Shown: positions 25,811-39,332, numbered from the stretch's first letter. The stretch is DNA of 64,000 nt from Sphaerodactylus townsendi (GCF_021028975.2 NC_059430.1:99820001-99884000), one strand, 5' to 3'. The notes: generated from the sequence alone by a model not told the origin. A program made the numbers and translations.

Positions 25811-25954
25811 ATTGCTGCTAATTCCTGGGGGAAGCACTGGGGCGAACATGGCTACTTCCGGATTGCCCGCGGCACCAACGAGTGTGAAATAGAGACCTTT
25901 GTAGTGGGTGTCTGGGGCCGTGTTGCAATGGAGGACATGCACCACAAAAAGTGA
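25811..25954 (+). CDS. TINAGL1: TINAGL1 last coding exon: [47 protein letters not shown]
   Basis: ctctcag acceptor; ANSWG..WGE.GYFRI..G.NEC papain C-terminal motif; TGA ends at 25954. The nine exons total 1033 nt and splice in frame. Confidence 0.97.
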   Translation: MAANSWGKHWGEHGYFRIARGTNECEIETFVVGVWGRVAMEDMHHKK

Positions 25955-28900
25955 GGAGCGCCCTGTCCCTTGTTAGCTCACCAGCACAAACTTCTTTCCT
26001 TCTGTAACCCCTGCCCACCACCTTCTCCAAAAAGTCTTGAGATCCGCCACACAGCCAATTCCCACCCTCGCATCTGACTCCAATGCGAACAGACACAATC
26101 CGATTTCTACACAGGACTTGGTGAGACCCAGAACTATCCTTGAGGTTTGGAGTGTCAGCGGCTTCAGCCAGATTCTCCTTGAGAACTCAAAAAACTGTGG
26201 CCAAGGAGGTAATCCTGGGATCATTGGGAGGACAAAGAAAAGTTCTCCTGTCAGACCCTTCATTCCAAAGCAAAAACAAACAGATCAAGAGCGAACCAGG
26301 AAAGCCACATACAAAACGGCATGAAGACTGAGTAAGTGTGGGATAACTCAAGCAACCAAGCCAAGCCCTGTACTAGAAGGAAGGGGTATTCAGCCTCTCT
26401 CGTGCCTGTGGTTCCCAAAAATGTCTTCCATACCTCACCAGTTCCTTGCAGGAGACATTTTGGAACTTTCACTTCCTCAAGCCTGGCCTTTCCCCGTGGT
26501 TGCCTCTTGAACGGAGACTGTTCCAAGGCAGCGAAATCAGAGTTGGCAGCTTCTCACAGCAAACCTTTCTGACCTCAAGTAGGATGGGCTAGCCTACCAG
26601 CTGCCCTCCCTCACACATGTACACAAGCCAGTTTCTGTGGAGACCACAGGAGAACAAGCAGTCCTCAAAACTGCCTAATATATATCTTTACTCCCAGAGG
26701 GTTGCCTCTTTCCTCGCCTTTCCTCTGCCTGTACTTCCATCACTTTTCCAACCTGTCCAGAGGAGAAATTTCCAACTCTTGGGCATGTCTAGGTATCTCT
26801 GGGCAAACAGTGGAATCATCCCAGCAAATCCAGAAGAGACAGACTTTGTCATGCCCAGTTTCAGGATCTGGTCAAGCATTTTTATCACTGGGCACCACCA
26901 CACACATTGGGCCTGTCCAGAAAGAAAGATGTTGTTCAGATTCTGAGTGAAAAGGGTATGCAGAAGAGCACCAGTTTTTCCAGACAAGTCTAGAGTTTGT
27001 TGCATTTTGGGATGTAATTTTTAACTCATCCATTCATGACTGGTGGAAGTGCCAAGAGTGCGATTGCATATCCAAGCCTGCGATGGGCAATGCAGAAAAG
27101 ATAGCAGAAGTTCTAGCCCTTCAGGACACATTCGTACTCATCACAATTGGCTGTGGTGCAATTTCTGGACTAAGATGGTAGCACGGGAGCCAGGGAAGTA
27201 GTTTTTCACTCTTACCATTCAAATGTCTTGCTTCCTGTACTCTATAGGCAGCAGTGCAAACAGCTGCCCAGGAGAGTGGAGGTAACAGGGTTATCTCCCA
27301 GCCCAGCCCTGCGCTGAAGCCCCCAAGTCCACTACCCCGGGAGGGACTGAAGGTTGAACCACGGGGCCACCACTGGAAATAGTGGCCTAATGACCATGTC
27401 TATGTAACTTCCACTTACCTGTTTACTATCATTTTACTTTGTCCTTCCTTCTCAGCATTCAGGGGGTCATACCATTTTTCTGTCTCCTCTGTTTTACCCT
27501 CACAACAACAGTCCTGTGAGGTAAGCTAGGCTGAGAGCGAGGCACTCAGTAACTTTCTTATCAACTTGAGATATGAACCTGGGCCTCTCCAGTCTTAGTC
27601 TGACTCTGCAACCATGCTGCAACTCTGGCCATTTCCGCACAACCAAAATAAAACATTTTGAGGCAGGAAATAAAATGTGTCCTCCAAGGAGTTCCATAAC
27701 ATTTTTTAGCCAGAATGTTTTATTTCTAGACTGAAAACACTTTAAATGGATCCTGTTTTCTAGCAATTCTTTTGTTGAAACATTTTCAAAACGTTTTGAC
27801 TTGCTGTGTGTATCTCTTTAAGATGTTTCCAACACCTCTCTGCAGTCTCCAGACTTCCTCCCCGGCACTATTTTTTGAGTTTGCTCCATTGTCTTGTCTA
27901 TTTTCATCGGGGGGGGGGGTGTTGGGGGGGGGAGGCAGTGATGTCTTTTAACTACGAAGACACAACCTCTGAAGAATTGCAGCACATGACTTTGAAGCAT
28001 CAAGGCATAAGATCCATGGAGAAGTTTTTTTAAAAAACATTGAAACTATCAGAAAATGGCTGCCAGGAATCCTTTCAAGGGAGTGAGTGCAAATAAACAG
28101 CAAGGGGGGTTTGAAAACGTTTTCAATGACTTGTGCGGAAATGGCCACTCTTGATCTTTAAAGCTCCTGCCTGGAGCCACCCACAAACGAAGTGGTAAAA
28201 TTGCACAGCGGCGGTATATGCACATGTTTGGCACAGAACTCCTGTGGAATGTGTAACACCACCTGAAGACCCACATGAGCTGCTGAAGGGAGACAGCTGC
28301 AGCCAACGGTGACTTATCTCACACTGCCTGCAGCTTTCCGGATAAAACGTTGGGCTGCTGGAGCAAGCTACATTGAATTCAGTGCCTTCCTGGTGCCAAC
28401 GCCTCCTCTTCGCGACTGGAAAATAGAACACTCTTGCTCTTCTCTGACTTCCCCGTGTCCAAAGGCATGCACATGTTTTAATTTTTTTTTCATGAGATCC
28501 ATTGCAAAGAGTGTTTATGAAGTTCTGCTGATGTAGAGAGATCTCTGTGCACCAGCCTGTGTATGATGTGGGTTGAAAGCAGCATTGTGTTTACCCCTGC
28601 CCCTTTCTTTCGGGTCTTAACTCCTGTCCCTCAGCCCCTTGGACAGGATGTGAGGGTCTTTGGGTGCTTAATCCCCTGCCCTGGCTGAATAAGCCCATTG
28701 TGAAGGCATGCCGCTCGCTTAAAGGGCCAAGCTTAGCCATAAGTCACAACCGGTCCTGTCTGCTTCGCTAGCAGCTTGTAAACACTGAGCCGCCCCCTAT
28801 TCATATTAAAGAAGCGGAGAGGGAAAGTGCACACCGATGTGCAGCGCATTCACGCGTGTCCAAGGCGGCTGGGGCTTTAGACTGAGGGCCTGAGCCAGCA

Positions 28901-29655
28901 TTTCACATGGTAGGAAGCCAGAACGTGCAGTCACCCAAGCGTGTGTTCCCATATACACACCATGCCAAGATCAAAGCAGAGCTGAGGGAGTAGATAGGTA
29001 TTTTGTGGGGGTATTTTGTGAGGCTCAGTTTTGGAGTCACTGAACCAATAAACCTGTGTCCGGTCTGTGCTGCTTCAGACCACAGGTAAAATTTCACACA
29101 ATGGAATGCATCTTCACACACTCCCACTTCCAAGTTCATGACATGGAAAACTAACAGGGCAAGGAGATGGCTAAACTAGTCCCCTTCTGCCTGCCATGTT
29201 AGCTTTCATAGGGCAGGGAAGTTGGCTGTATGCCGAATCATCCAGTCATTTGCACCCTGCCCTGAATTCCAGAATGGAACAATCCAGGGCCAGGTTGACA
29301 GGTGGAAAAAAACACCTCGGGCCTTGATTTAAATGAGACACAGGCAAAAGCACTTTCCTGTGGGACTCAGTCCTCATTTCGTTTGAATTGGGTTATTGCT
29401 CATGCAAAAACAGCCGTGTGCCAGTGTCATGTTTAAATTGGGCCGTAGGCTTTTGTGTCAAGTGGCAGCTGGGATGTGCCAAGTTAGTCTGTCAGTGTTT
29501 GCTGTGGGGGGGGGGGGGGGGGGGAACCAGGGTGCAGTGAAGCTCTAGTTTACCAGCATCCACAGTCCCTTCCGAAAACAAATTTCCACCCTGTCTGCTC
29601 TGCATTTGCCTATGCTGTGCCATCCACTTACACTGAGTCAGAGGTATATCTAGGA

Positions 29656-29803
29656 CAGGGGTAGGGAACCTGCGGCTCTCCAGATGTTCAGGAACTACAA
29701 TTCCCATCAGCCCCTGTCAGCATGGCCAATTGGCCATGCTGGCAGGGGCTGATGGGAATTGTAGTTCCTGAACATCTGGAGAGCCGCAGGTTCCCTACCC
29801 CTG
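29656..29803. mobile_element. Near-perfect palindromic hAT MITE (148 bp)
   Basis: The whole element is an inverted repeat with one mismatch; exact TSD ATCTAGGA; nested in an older element at 29639-30050. Confidence 0.92.
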
Positions 29804-30394
29804 ATCTAGGAAAAATGTAGTCCCGGGAAAAATCTGAGTTTTCCGCCCCCATCCCACCCCCCGTGTGGGTGGCCGCCTTCTCCCACCACGACCAAACAAC
29901 ATTTTTTTGCACCAGGTCTTGAAGTCAGTGTATAGACTCAGGTGGAAGGAGGAGGGCATGGGAGTGATTTTCCGCCCCTCCCCCCATGACTAAATGGCCA
30001 CAGCCCGGGGACATTTGACCACATATGTCCCCCTAGGCAGTACGCCCCTGCACCCTGTAGCATAGGCAGAAGTACCCCACTGCCCACTTCTTAGCCAGAG
30101 TCTACCCCTTTCTCTTTAGCCATGTTGGGTCACCCATGCAGTTTTTGCATATGAAAAGTCTCCTTCTCATCTCTACCAATAAACATCAGTTGTATAGTAT
30201 GACTAAACAAAACTTGATGCGGAAAAAAATTCCCCTTCTCGTTATTATTTACATTCCAAAGAAGTTGTCCCAAGCAAGATACGGACCAAGTTAGCATTCA
30301 AAGACAAGAGCAGTCTATTTTAACCTTGTCTGCGCAGAGAGTTTTTTAAATCTTGAGAAGTCTTTTATATTTATTTTGCTTTTTATTATTTGTA

Positions 30395-30400
30395 AATAAA
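30395..30400 (+). promoter_or_regulatory. Candidate distal poly(A) signal for TINAGL1 (would give a ~4.4 kb 3' UTR)
   Basis: AATAAA preceded by a U-rich tract (tcttttatatttattttgctttttattatttgt). Other AATAAA hexamers near 27647, 27669, 29046 and 30178 are alternatives. Confidence 0.4.
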
Positions 30401-30854
30401 ATGTATCAAAGATTGGCAAGAATGGCTGGTGTCTTTACTCGCTTCCCTATCCCTCCTTTCGATTCTCCTGGACCGCATGACATTTTAGCAGCCCCCATGC
30501 CCATAGGATGATCTTATTGGTGTTTTTAAAATAGACATGCTTCTTCTGTTGGCAGGTTGAAATGCTTTGGGAGCTGGGAGAAGTTCTTTATTGGTTTCTG
30601 AAGAACACTGAAAGTTTCCCAAAAGAATTCAAACTGAGAGTTTTGTTTGCTTGTAAAGGAAGTTAGAAATAGTTTTGGGGTGGTAAAAAAGAAGCAGAAG
30701 AACGGTGTTTCAAAACTGTTGGTTTGCCATGTATAAAAGAAAAGGGCACGGTTATCTTTCATAGCATACTCTGCATGTTAAGTTGACTTATGCCATGTTT
30801 TTACCTTGAACTTCCTCCAAGGAGCTGAGGGCAAGGTACCAGGTTCCCCTGCCT

Positions 30855-31498
30855 CAGTGGGTGGATCCAAAAATTTTCGTAACAGGTTCCCAAGGTGGTG
30901 GGATTCAAACACAGCCAATGGGGCTGGGCGGAGCACGACAGGGGCGTGGCCGGGCATTCTGGGGGTGGGGCATTAATAATTTCTCTGTTACTGTAAAAAA
31001 CTCTTACTGTAAAAAAAAGTTCCTAATTTCCAGCTGGTATCTTTCTGTCCATAATTTAAACTTATTATAGCTAGTCCTATCGTCTACTGCCAACAGAAGC
31101 AACTACTTCTCCTCTAATTGACTGCCTGTCAAATACTTAATACTTTCAAATACTTAATTTTGTTTCTAGAAATCAAAAGAAGGATACTTTCCTCAAACAA
31201 GGAACTTTACCATATTTCTAAAACATGTTTTTAAAACAGCCCAACAGGGAGAATTATTCTACCTTCGCTAACCAGCCATATAGGAAACAACAGAACTTTA
31301 TGATTTTTGGACCTAATGGAATTTCTAACAGAAAAGCAGACCCAATTAGGAAAAGCAGACCAAAGTCAGTTTTATTACGGCCATTAAGCCAGCAAAAAAG
31401 AGTAGAGAAGAACAAGAAAAGCAGACCCAATCGGCACACACAAATAATTAGTAACCCACTTTCGGGAACTGGTGACAACCTGCTGGATCCCACCTCTG
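30855..31498 (-). mobile_element. Non-autonomous hAT DNA transposon (644 bp), same family as 3008-3586
   Basis: Same TIRs and internal sequence in reverse orientation; exact TSD CCCTGCCT. Confidence 0.9.
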
Positions 31499-32583
31499 CC
31501 CTGCCTCCATTTTGTCTCCTCAATATCGCAAGATGGCCTAAGCTAAAAAAAGGCTGCCCTAAATTCACCCAAGCAGAGCATGGATTTGAACTCAGGTCTG
31601 AGGTCTCCCAACGTTTCATTCAGTATATCAAGCTGCTTCTTGATACCAGCATGATTTCTCCAAGCTTGTGTCCTTTTTTGTTGGGGTTGGTTGGGGCTGT
31701 TGCTGAAGGCGCCCTCAGCTTGGTATACAACATTGCAAATCACCCTGTGAAGGGAGGGTGTGGAAGTCACTTGATCATATATTCCCTCCCCCTTCAGCAA
31801 TAGCCTGGGGTGAGGGGACTCTTCCTTGCTTTCTCCTGCCCCAACAAGGGAAGAGGTCAGCGCTGGAAAGGCTGCCTGGCCAAGATAAGGGACCAGCCAT
31901 TGTCTTGGCTTCCTGTTTCCTTGGGACTCAGTAACCTTTGGAAAAGCCTCTTCTTCCGGTGTCCTTGCCAAGATAGTACAGCCAGGAACGCAGGGCTGGA
32001 GTGGCAAGCCGGCTGCAGGGGCCCTCTTCCTCAAGCAGCGGGCAGGGAAGACCTCCTATGTTCTTTGAGGGCTGTTTTGAACGTTTCCCCACTTATCAGC
32101 TTGGGTGGTACACACACAAATCAACAGAAATAGAGATTGCACACACCCCAGGAAGACCGAAGGAGTGTCGGCTGAGCTGTCAAGGGGGAGACAAATGCGG
32201 GTCTGTGCCGGGGTGGGGTGGGGGAACAGGACACAGTGTATGGTCTGCTGTTTCCTCCCCCTCAAAAAAAAAAAACCCACATTCAGTTTCCCTGGAAAAA
32301 ATAGCTACTGGGGATAAACTCTTTAATTGCATCAACAGTAAGAAACTCCAGGCAGCCTTCTCCATTTTATCTTCACTATATTCTTAGGGGGAGTCAGCAT
32401 GGTGTAGTGATTAAGGTGTTGGGCTAGGATCTGGGAAACCATTGAAATTTGCTGGGGGACCATGGACAAGCCACTCAGCCTCAACCCTGGCTAGTATTCG
32501 GGTGCAGACCTCCAAGGGGTGTGAATCAGAGGGAGGCAATGACAAAACCACCTCAGAACTCCTCTTGCCTTGAAACCCTACAG

Positions 32584-32718
32584 TACAGGTGTCAAACTCG
32601 CGGCCCTCCAGATGTTATGGACTACAGTTCCCATCATCCCCCGCCAGCATGATGCTGGCAGGGGATGATGGGAACTGTAGTCCACAACATCTGGAGGGCT
32701 GCGAGTTTGACACCTATG
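32584..32718. mobile_element. Palindromic hAT MITE (135 bp) inserted in a Sauria-SINE-like tail
   Basis: TACAGGTGTCAAACTCGC...GCGAGTTTGACACCTATG; exact TSD CCCTACAG. Confidence 0.9.
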
Positions 32719-32849
32719 CCCTACAGGGTCACCGTAGGTCAGCTGTGACTTGGCAGCAAATAAATAAATATTCCTGCAAGTCAGGTTATGTTGACAGTGT
32801 GACTGTTCCAAGATGTTGGACAAGGATCTGTTGTCAAAATGTTGTGAAA

Positions 32850-33276
32850 ATGTTGACAGAAAGAATTTTTCTCTCTTTCTCACAATACTAGAACCAGGGG
32901 GCATACATTGAAAATGCTGGGGGGAAGAATTAGGACTAATAAAAGGAAACACTTCTTCACACAACGTGTCGTTGGTGTTTGGAATATGCTTCCACCGGAG
33001 GTGGTGATGGCCACTAACCTGGATAGCTTTAAAAGGGGCTTGGACAGATTTATGGAGGAGAAGTCGATTTATGGCTACCAATCTTGATCCTCTTTGATCT
33101 GAGATTGCAAATGCCTTAACAGTCCAGGTGCTCGGGAGCAGCAGCAGCAGAAGGCCCTTGCTTTCACATTCTGCATGTGAGCTCCCAAAGGCACCTGGTG
33201 GACCACTGCGAGTAGCAGAGAGCTGGACTAGATGGACTCTGGTCTGATCCAGCTGGCTTGTTCTTATGTTCTTATG
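32850..33276 (+). mobile_element. 5'-truncated CR1 LINE (ORF2 C-terminus and 3' UTR)
   Basis: Frame reads SHNTRTRGHTLKMLGGRIRTNKRKHFFTQRVVGVWNMLPPEVVMATNLDSFKRGLDRFMEEKSIYGYQS*; ends in the CR1 octamer tail (TTCTTATG)x2. Confidence 0.92.
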
Positions 33277-34361
33277 ACCAAGCAAGCTTCCATAGCAGAA
33301 GGGTGTTGTGTGTGTTCAAACCTGGGTTTCCCAAATTCTAGTTTGACACTCACTGCAATATCATGCTAGAAAAGTAAGCGGTGTGGTTAAAGAGGTAAGG
33401 GAGGGCACTTGCTGAACATATTGAGCTTTAAGCTTTTTGACAGGATGTTGTTCATTATAAATAGGTAAACATTTCCAGAGGGTTTTTAAAAAATATATTC
33501 TTGTTCAACGTAAATGATAGTAGCAAGCCACAGACAATGGAAATACACAGTCCCTGGGATTTGGGGCTCTGGAAACTTCTCCTAATCAGTAATAAGGAGA
33601 TCACAAATGTTTCTATTAATGTCTTTGAAGCACTCCTGTGGATGTAGCAGGACCACAGTCTTGCATTTGGGCCCTCAGACCTTCATTGCAAGCAGGGAAA
33701 GGAAACAGAGTCCTCTTGTGGCATAACCTTAGTACTGCTAGAGCAGTGGCATGGAAGATTGTATTTTTTTAAAACTCAAAATACTAGCTACAGACAGTGG
33801 AGTCAGTTTCTGAGAACCTGTGTAGTGATCCAAACCTCTTTTTTGCCTAATATATTCTGCAATCATTACTCTTCTTGGTTCTTCTTCTCAGTCATGAGTT
33901 CTTGTAGTACATTAACGCTTAAATCACAGGACACTTTATTCAGCCTCTCACGCTGGCGCCTGAGATTTTAGCAGCCCTTGTCTTTGTGTATTCAAGCATA
34001 TGTTTGCTATCAAAAGGACCAGACAACTTTTAAAAAATGCCTTTATTTTGTCCTGGGTTGCTGGCAACCATATTAGGGGGTCGATAGCTGGCCATTCTGT
34101 CACTTGGGCACTTGGCCTCACTAAAATGACAGACCATTTTATTTTATCCTATTTTATTACTTTATTGATTTTCATCTGTAGGCTGTCTTTTGCACTGGAA
34201 CCCAAGATGGGATAACAAATATGACTTTAAAAACCCTTTCCCGTAGACCAGCAGGTTGATTACAAATACCATAACACTGGATAATCCGTAAGTCACATTA
34301 CTACATAGGATAAAATTTGATTCTAACAGTATAAATGAAGTACAGCTGGGAATTGGCTGTT

Positions 34362-34420
34362 GTGAAAGTGTTGTGTGTTGGGGGGGCGGGGTGAAAGTGT
34401 TGTGTGTTGGGGGGGCGGGG
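34362..34420 (+). repeat. 29-bp tandem duplication
   Basis: gtgaaagtgttgtgtgttgggggggcggg twice. Confidence 0.9.
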
Positions 34421-35769
34421 TGTCTGCCCTATTAGTGATTCCTATAGCTACCCTATGGGCCCCCATTCTCATGTTCCTCACACATAACTTCCTGTTTCTT
34501 TGGGGGATGGGGTTTCAGTTCTGCAAACGTTTGGCTTCCACTAATGGTTGATTGGACATCAAGCAGCTTTAAAGAGCACATTAAAAACTTCCATTTAAAT
34601 CTGAAGGGAGATGCTGTGTGGTGTTGAATTGACTACTAGAAGAAACAAAATGTGTGGAACTGAACACACACGCATGCACGTACACACAACACCCCAGCGA
34701 AGAAACAGGAAATTAAACACAAGGAACATGAGAATGTAAGAAACCCCTAGCACAGCATTTGGTGATGTGTTGTTTTTTTAAAAAAATTCAGCAGGAGCAG
34801 GGAATGGGGAGGGGGGGCTGCCTCCACCAAGGGAATGGGAACCCCTAGCTGAGACTGTAGAATTAAAGGGGGGGGGGAGAAGAATGCATACAAATCTATT
34901 TGTTAGGTAGGAAAGCCTTCATCAACTGATCCGTACATGGCAGCTTTGCCCTTATTTATTTATGATTGATTTTCAGAGCTCCGCACAGCTAACAATTAGA
35001 CAAATTAAAAATCCAACAGAACAACAATCCATTAAAAAGCACAATGAAACTGACATTTCCAGCAATAAGATTTAGCCACTGTAAAACCATCAAATGCCAC
35101 AGCAGTAAAAATTATCCTAGCAGCTGGTAGTAAAAGCATCATTGTTGGACAGGAATGATGCTCCAAAATGCTAAGGCAGATGAGGGGTGTTTTTTTTAAA
35201 TTAAAAAAGCATAGGCAAGCAGGTCAGTTTCAACACAGTGGTTAAGAGCTAATCAGGTGAGCCTCAAAGCGGACAGCATTCCAGAGCCAGGGGGGCAGCC
35301 ACTGAGAAAACCCTGCTTGTAGTTTCTACTCACCTCAGCTCCAGGCAGGGCCTGTGGAGGGTGACGTTTAGGGAGGATGTGGCGTCACTTCCAGGTGGAA
35401 GAATAGAGAACCATGCTTGGCAGGAAGATCAGAACTAGAAGCCTGGACACTTTGGAAAGAGGCAGATCTTTCAGCACAGGGTAAAGTGACATCCCACCCA
35501 GATAATCTCTCCCAGCTTTTCAGGCAGATGTAGTGGACAGGTTATATATATCCTTATGGGCCTCAATAGCATAAATACCTTGGAGTTAAGCAGTTGATTC
35601 CCAGAACCATTTTCTGAAGCTGGGGGTGGAAGCCGAAGCCTCTCCTCCATCCATGTTGGAATCCGCCCCTGCAGATTTGTGGAAATGTGTTCCCATGGGG
35701 AACTTGTAGCTGTTGTCTCCACTGTGTCAGGTTAAATTTAAGAAGAGAAGGGGAAAAAAGATTCTCAAC

Positions 35770-36012
35770 TGTAAGGAGTCTCAAAGCAGCTTACAAACTC
35801 CTTCCTGTCCCCACACCTTGTGAGGTAGGTGGGCCTGAGGGAGTTCTTAGAGAACTGTGTCTAGCCCAAGGTTACCCAGCAGGGTTTCATGTGGAGGAGC
35901 AGGGAAACAACCATGGTTCACTAGATTAGACTCAGCTGCTCAGGTGGAGGAATCAAACCTGATTCTCCATTGTAGACTACACCGCTCTTAACTGATACAC
36001 CATGCTGGCTCC
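35770..36012 (-). mobile_element. Squam3-like SINE
   Basis: Same core and head in reverse orientation. Confidence 0.75.
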
Positions 36013-37285
36013 AGTTTGGCTCTGGCGGTGGGCCATCCTAAACAAGGTATTTGCCCATTCAGAGACTCCTGGTATTAACTCATCTGGTAACCTTTGGTCC
36101 ATCACAAGGACAGTGTGGAAAATCCCCCCAGTACCTTAGCTGCCAAGTGGGGATTAATACTATTATATGACACCTAATTTGTGTTGAAGAATATTTTGCC
36201 AATGCCATAGAAATGATTACAAACTGGCCTAAGCCATGCAGTTATAGCTAAGTCCTCAAGATGTCGTAAGAGACACACAGAAAACTGCTTCTGGTCTACA
36301 GCCAAAATGTCACGGATTTCTTGCTGGAAAAAAATGAAGGAAAAAACCCCAGGACTACAGTGACACCTTAAAATACCAAAGCTAAAGAGCAGAAGGATGT
36401 ATGTGTGTGTACGCATGAACCCATGTGTGCACCCATTGGACCACAAATTATTATTTATTGGAGTCCCTGTCCGTAATAAAGAAGCAACTGAGAGCCCATT
36501 AAAATCAGAATTCAAATTTGCACCTTTAAAATATTTGCAAGAATTTACTTGCAGACTTCATGGTAGTTGACATCCAGACTCTGTGGCAAACATTAACTGC
36601 TGGTTAATACCTTTTTAATAAAAACTATTGCAGCATCAAATACAGAATTTCCCACCTCTAAATGCTTGTACTGCTTCAGAATTAAGGCCAAGTTGGTCAA
36701 GTCAATTACATTATTACATTATTGACATAAAAACTTTGGGGGCAAGATCAACACAAAGTTGGGGATTTTCCATGCTCCAGACAGCTGTCTTCCTTTCTCT
36801 GGATATTTATGTGGATCCTCCTCCCATGAGCTCAGAGTAGCAAAACCTGTTCTCCCTCATAGGAATAGATTTTGAAGCTCACTGCTGATTTTTCATATTA
36901 AAATCAATGGGTCAAACATGTTTTATTTATGTCCTTAGATCATAAAGCACTCAAGAAGAGCCCTGCTGGATCAGACTAGTGATCCAGCTACAGAATCCTG
37001 TATCCAATGGTGGCCAACCAATTTCCCTAGTGGCCAATAATAGAGCATAGAGGCTGAGACATTCCCCTGATGATGCCTCCTGGCACTGCTATTCCCAGGT
37101 TTACTGCCCCAGACTATAGAAGTTCCCTTTGATCACCATGCCTACTAACTATGGAGTCTTCATTAATCGGTTCTGAACAGGCTTGCCAACCTGTAGGTGG
37201 TACCAGGAGATCTCCCACTGATCTCCAAATAGCCAAGATCAGTTCTTCTAGAGAAAATGGCGACTTTGGAGGACAGACTCTATGG

Positions 37286-37417
37286 CAGGGTGTCTAACTC
37301 TGGCACTTCAGATGTTCATGGACTACAACTCCCATCAGCCCCTGCTGGCATGGCCAATTGGGGCTGATGGGAGTTGTAGTCCATGAATATCTGAATCACC
37401 AGAGTTGGACACCCCTG
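37286..37417. mobile_element. Palindromic hAT MITE nested in a Blackjack-like MITE
   Basis: CAGGGTGTCTAACTCTGG...CCAGAGTTGGACACCCCTG; exact TSD CTCTATGG. Confidence 0.88.
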
Positions 37418-38316
37418 CTCTATGGCATTACACCCTGCTGAGGACCCTCTACAGGCTCCACTCCCAAAATCTACAGATATTTGCCAACCCAGAGCTGGCA
37501 ACTCTACCTTTTGACTCTAAGGCATAAATGGTAGGGCTGATATTGAATTATTGCTCAGGATGGGAAGTGTGGAATCTACGAATATGGAACACTCCTCACT
37601 CTTTCCTCCACAGCAACACATTGGAAGTCATCAGATATTAGCATGTGAATGTTTGCCAGGTATTTCAAGGGCATTCTGTCTTTTTTATTGCAGGAGGTTT
37701 TTGCTGGCCTGTGATAAGGAAAATACGCTCTGCACACGCTCAGAGTTATCGACTTGCCTGATACTCCATGATAGATTCTGCAGCTTAGCCCTGGATGGAT
37801 TAAATCCCAAGTGCCTTTCTAAATCCTTCTCGCACCCCCCCCCTTCTCCCCAAAGAAAACAATTTGTCCTTCCTGGACGTCCAACAAATTCCCTGACTAT
37901 GCTCAAATCCTCTTAAGCGACCTGCTTAAATTGCCTTGCTTTATGTCGGTTGGAAATGCAGGCCGTGGCCCCGAGCCTCCCAAAATGATTATCCCATTAA
38001 GCAAAGAAGTCTGAAATCAGCAACTCTTGGCACTTGGGCTGGGGAGGAAATCGATAGCCTAGAAAATGTATCTCTTGCTTTCGTGCGCCCTTTGTAAATA
38101 TGAGCCTTTGAGAGACTGTGGAACAGTAAACACTAATTCTGTTCAAAACTCCAATCTAAGCACAGTTAAGAGGAACGGACAGTAAGGAGCTCTGTTCTAT
38201 TAACTTGAGAAATGAGCTCTGGAAAGGGATAAAAGCAGGGCGGGGAGGGGGGGGGTTGGCTCTGCTGTGGCAGGTGATGGCTTGACTTCTGAAATGCTGG
38301 TATCTGGGTAGAGACC

Positions 38317-38349
38317 GGGGGGGGCGGGGGGGGGGGGGGGGGGGGGGGG
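38317..38349 (+). repeat. Poly-G tract
   Basis: About 33 nt of G with a single C interruption. Confidence 0.9.
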
Positions 38350-38692
38350 CAGAAGACAGAAGCCCCTTCCGTACATGCAGAACAATGCACTTTCAATTCA
38401 CTTTGCGGAAGGGGCCAGAGGGAGGTGGCTTCCACAGGGGGAAAATGTTGTGCTGTGCACTCATTGGTACACTGGACTATCCACCTGAAGAGAGGAGATT
38501 CTCCATGTTTTCTCTGTATTTTCCCCTCTATTCTCTTGGGCCCACTGCTATCCTCCTCCCCCAGTGGTGGGATTCAAATGATTTAACAATCGGTTCCAGT
38601 GGTGGGATTCAAATAAGTTAACAACTGGTTGTTTACAAGCACCACTTTAACAACTGGTTCTGCCGAAGTGGTGTGAACCTGATAAATCCCTG

Positions 38693-38723
<31 letters not shown>

Positions 38724-39032
38724 ATACACCACTGGAGGCATTTGCTGGCTTTTTACAAAATTGGTAGTAGCTCCATTGTTATATATACTCTACTGGAGCA
38801 CTATACATTTTTAAAAGTTGGACAACAGCATCCTTCATTGCAGTGGTGGTGACAAATGCCAGGGGAAACTGAGGAAAAATGGCATCCATGTGGTCCCAAA
38901 ATCTACAACTTCCAATTCACACGACAGCCATACCTGCTTTGACAGTAGAAAAAGTGAAGAAAAAAATTAAAGAAAAGCTGGGTGGTAGGGGGACCACAAC
39001 AGGTATATAATTTTATAAAGAAGATATGCAAA

Positions 39033-39332
39033 AGATCCAGCATGGTATAGTGGTTAAGAGTGGTGGACTCTAATCTGGAGAGAAAGGGTTTTAATTCCTC
39101 GCTCCTCCATATGAGCGACAGACTCCATTCTAGTGTACCGTGTTTGTTTCCTTGCTCCTCCACTTGAAGCCTGCAGGGTGACCTTGGGCTAGTCACAGTT
39201 TTCTCAAAACTCCCTCAGCCCCAGTGACCTCACAAGATCTCTGTTGTGAGAAGAGGAAAGGAAGGAGCTTGTAAGCCACTTTGAGACTCCTGAAGGTAGA
39301 GAAAAACGGAGCATAACTCCAAAGTCATCTTT
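39033..39332 (+). mobile_element. Squam3-like SINE
   Basis: tggtatagtggttaagag A-box head and gggtgaccttgggctagtcacag core. Confidence 0.8.

Noticed and set aside
31225-31803. 192-aa ORF
   Set aside because: Its first half lies within the non-autonomous hAT element at 30855-31498; no transposase or other domain is recognisable.
32578-33285. 235-aa minus-strand ORF
   Set aside because: It runs antisense across a CR1 fragment and a palindromic MITE, so it is not a gene.
38238-38349. G-quadruplex potential from poly-G runs
   Set aside because: Homopolymer lengths in a draft assembly are unreliable and there is no other evidence of function.
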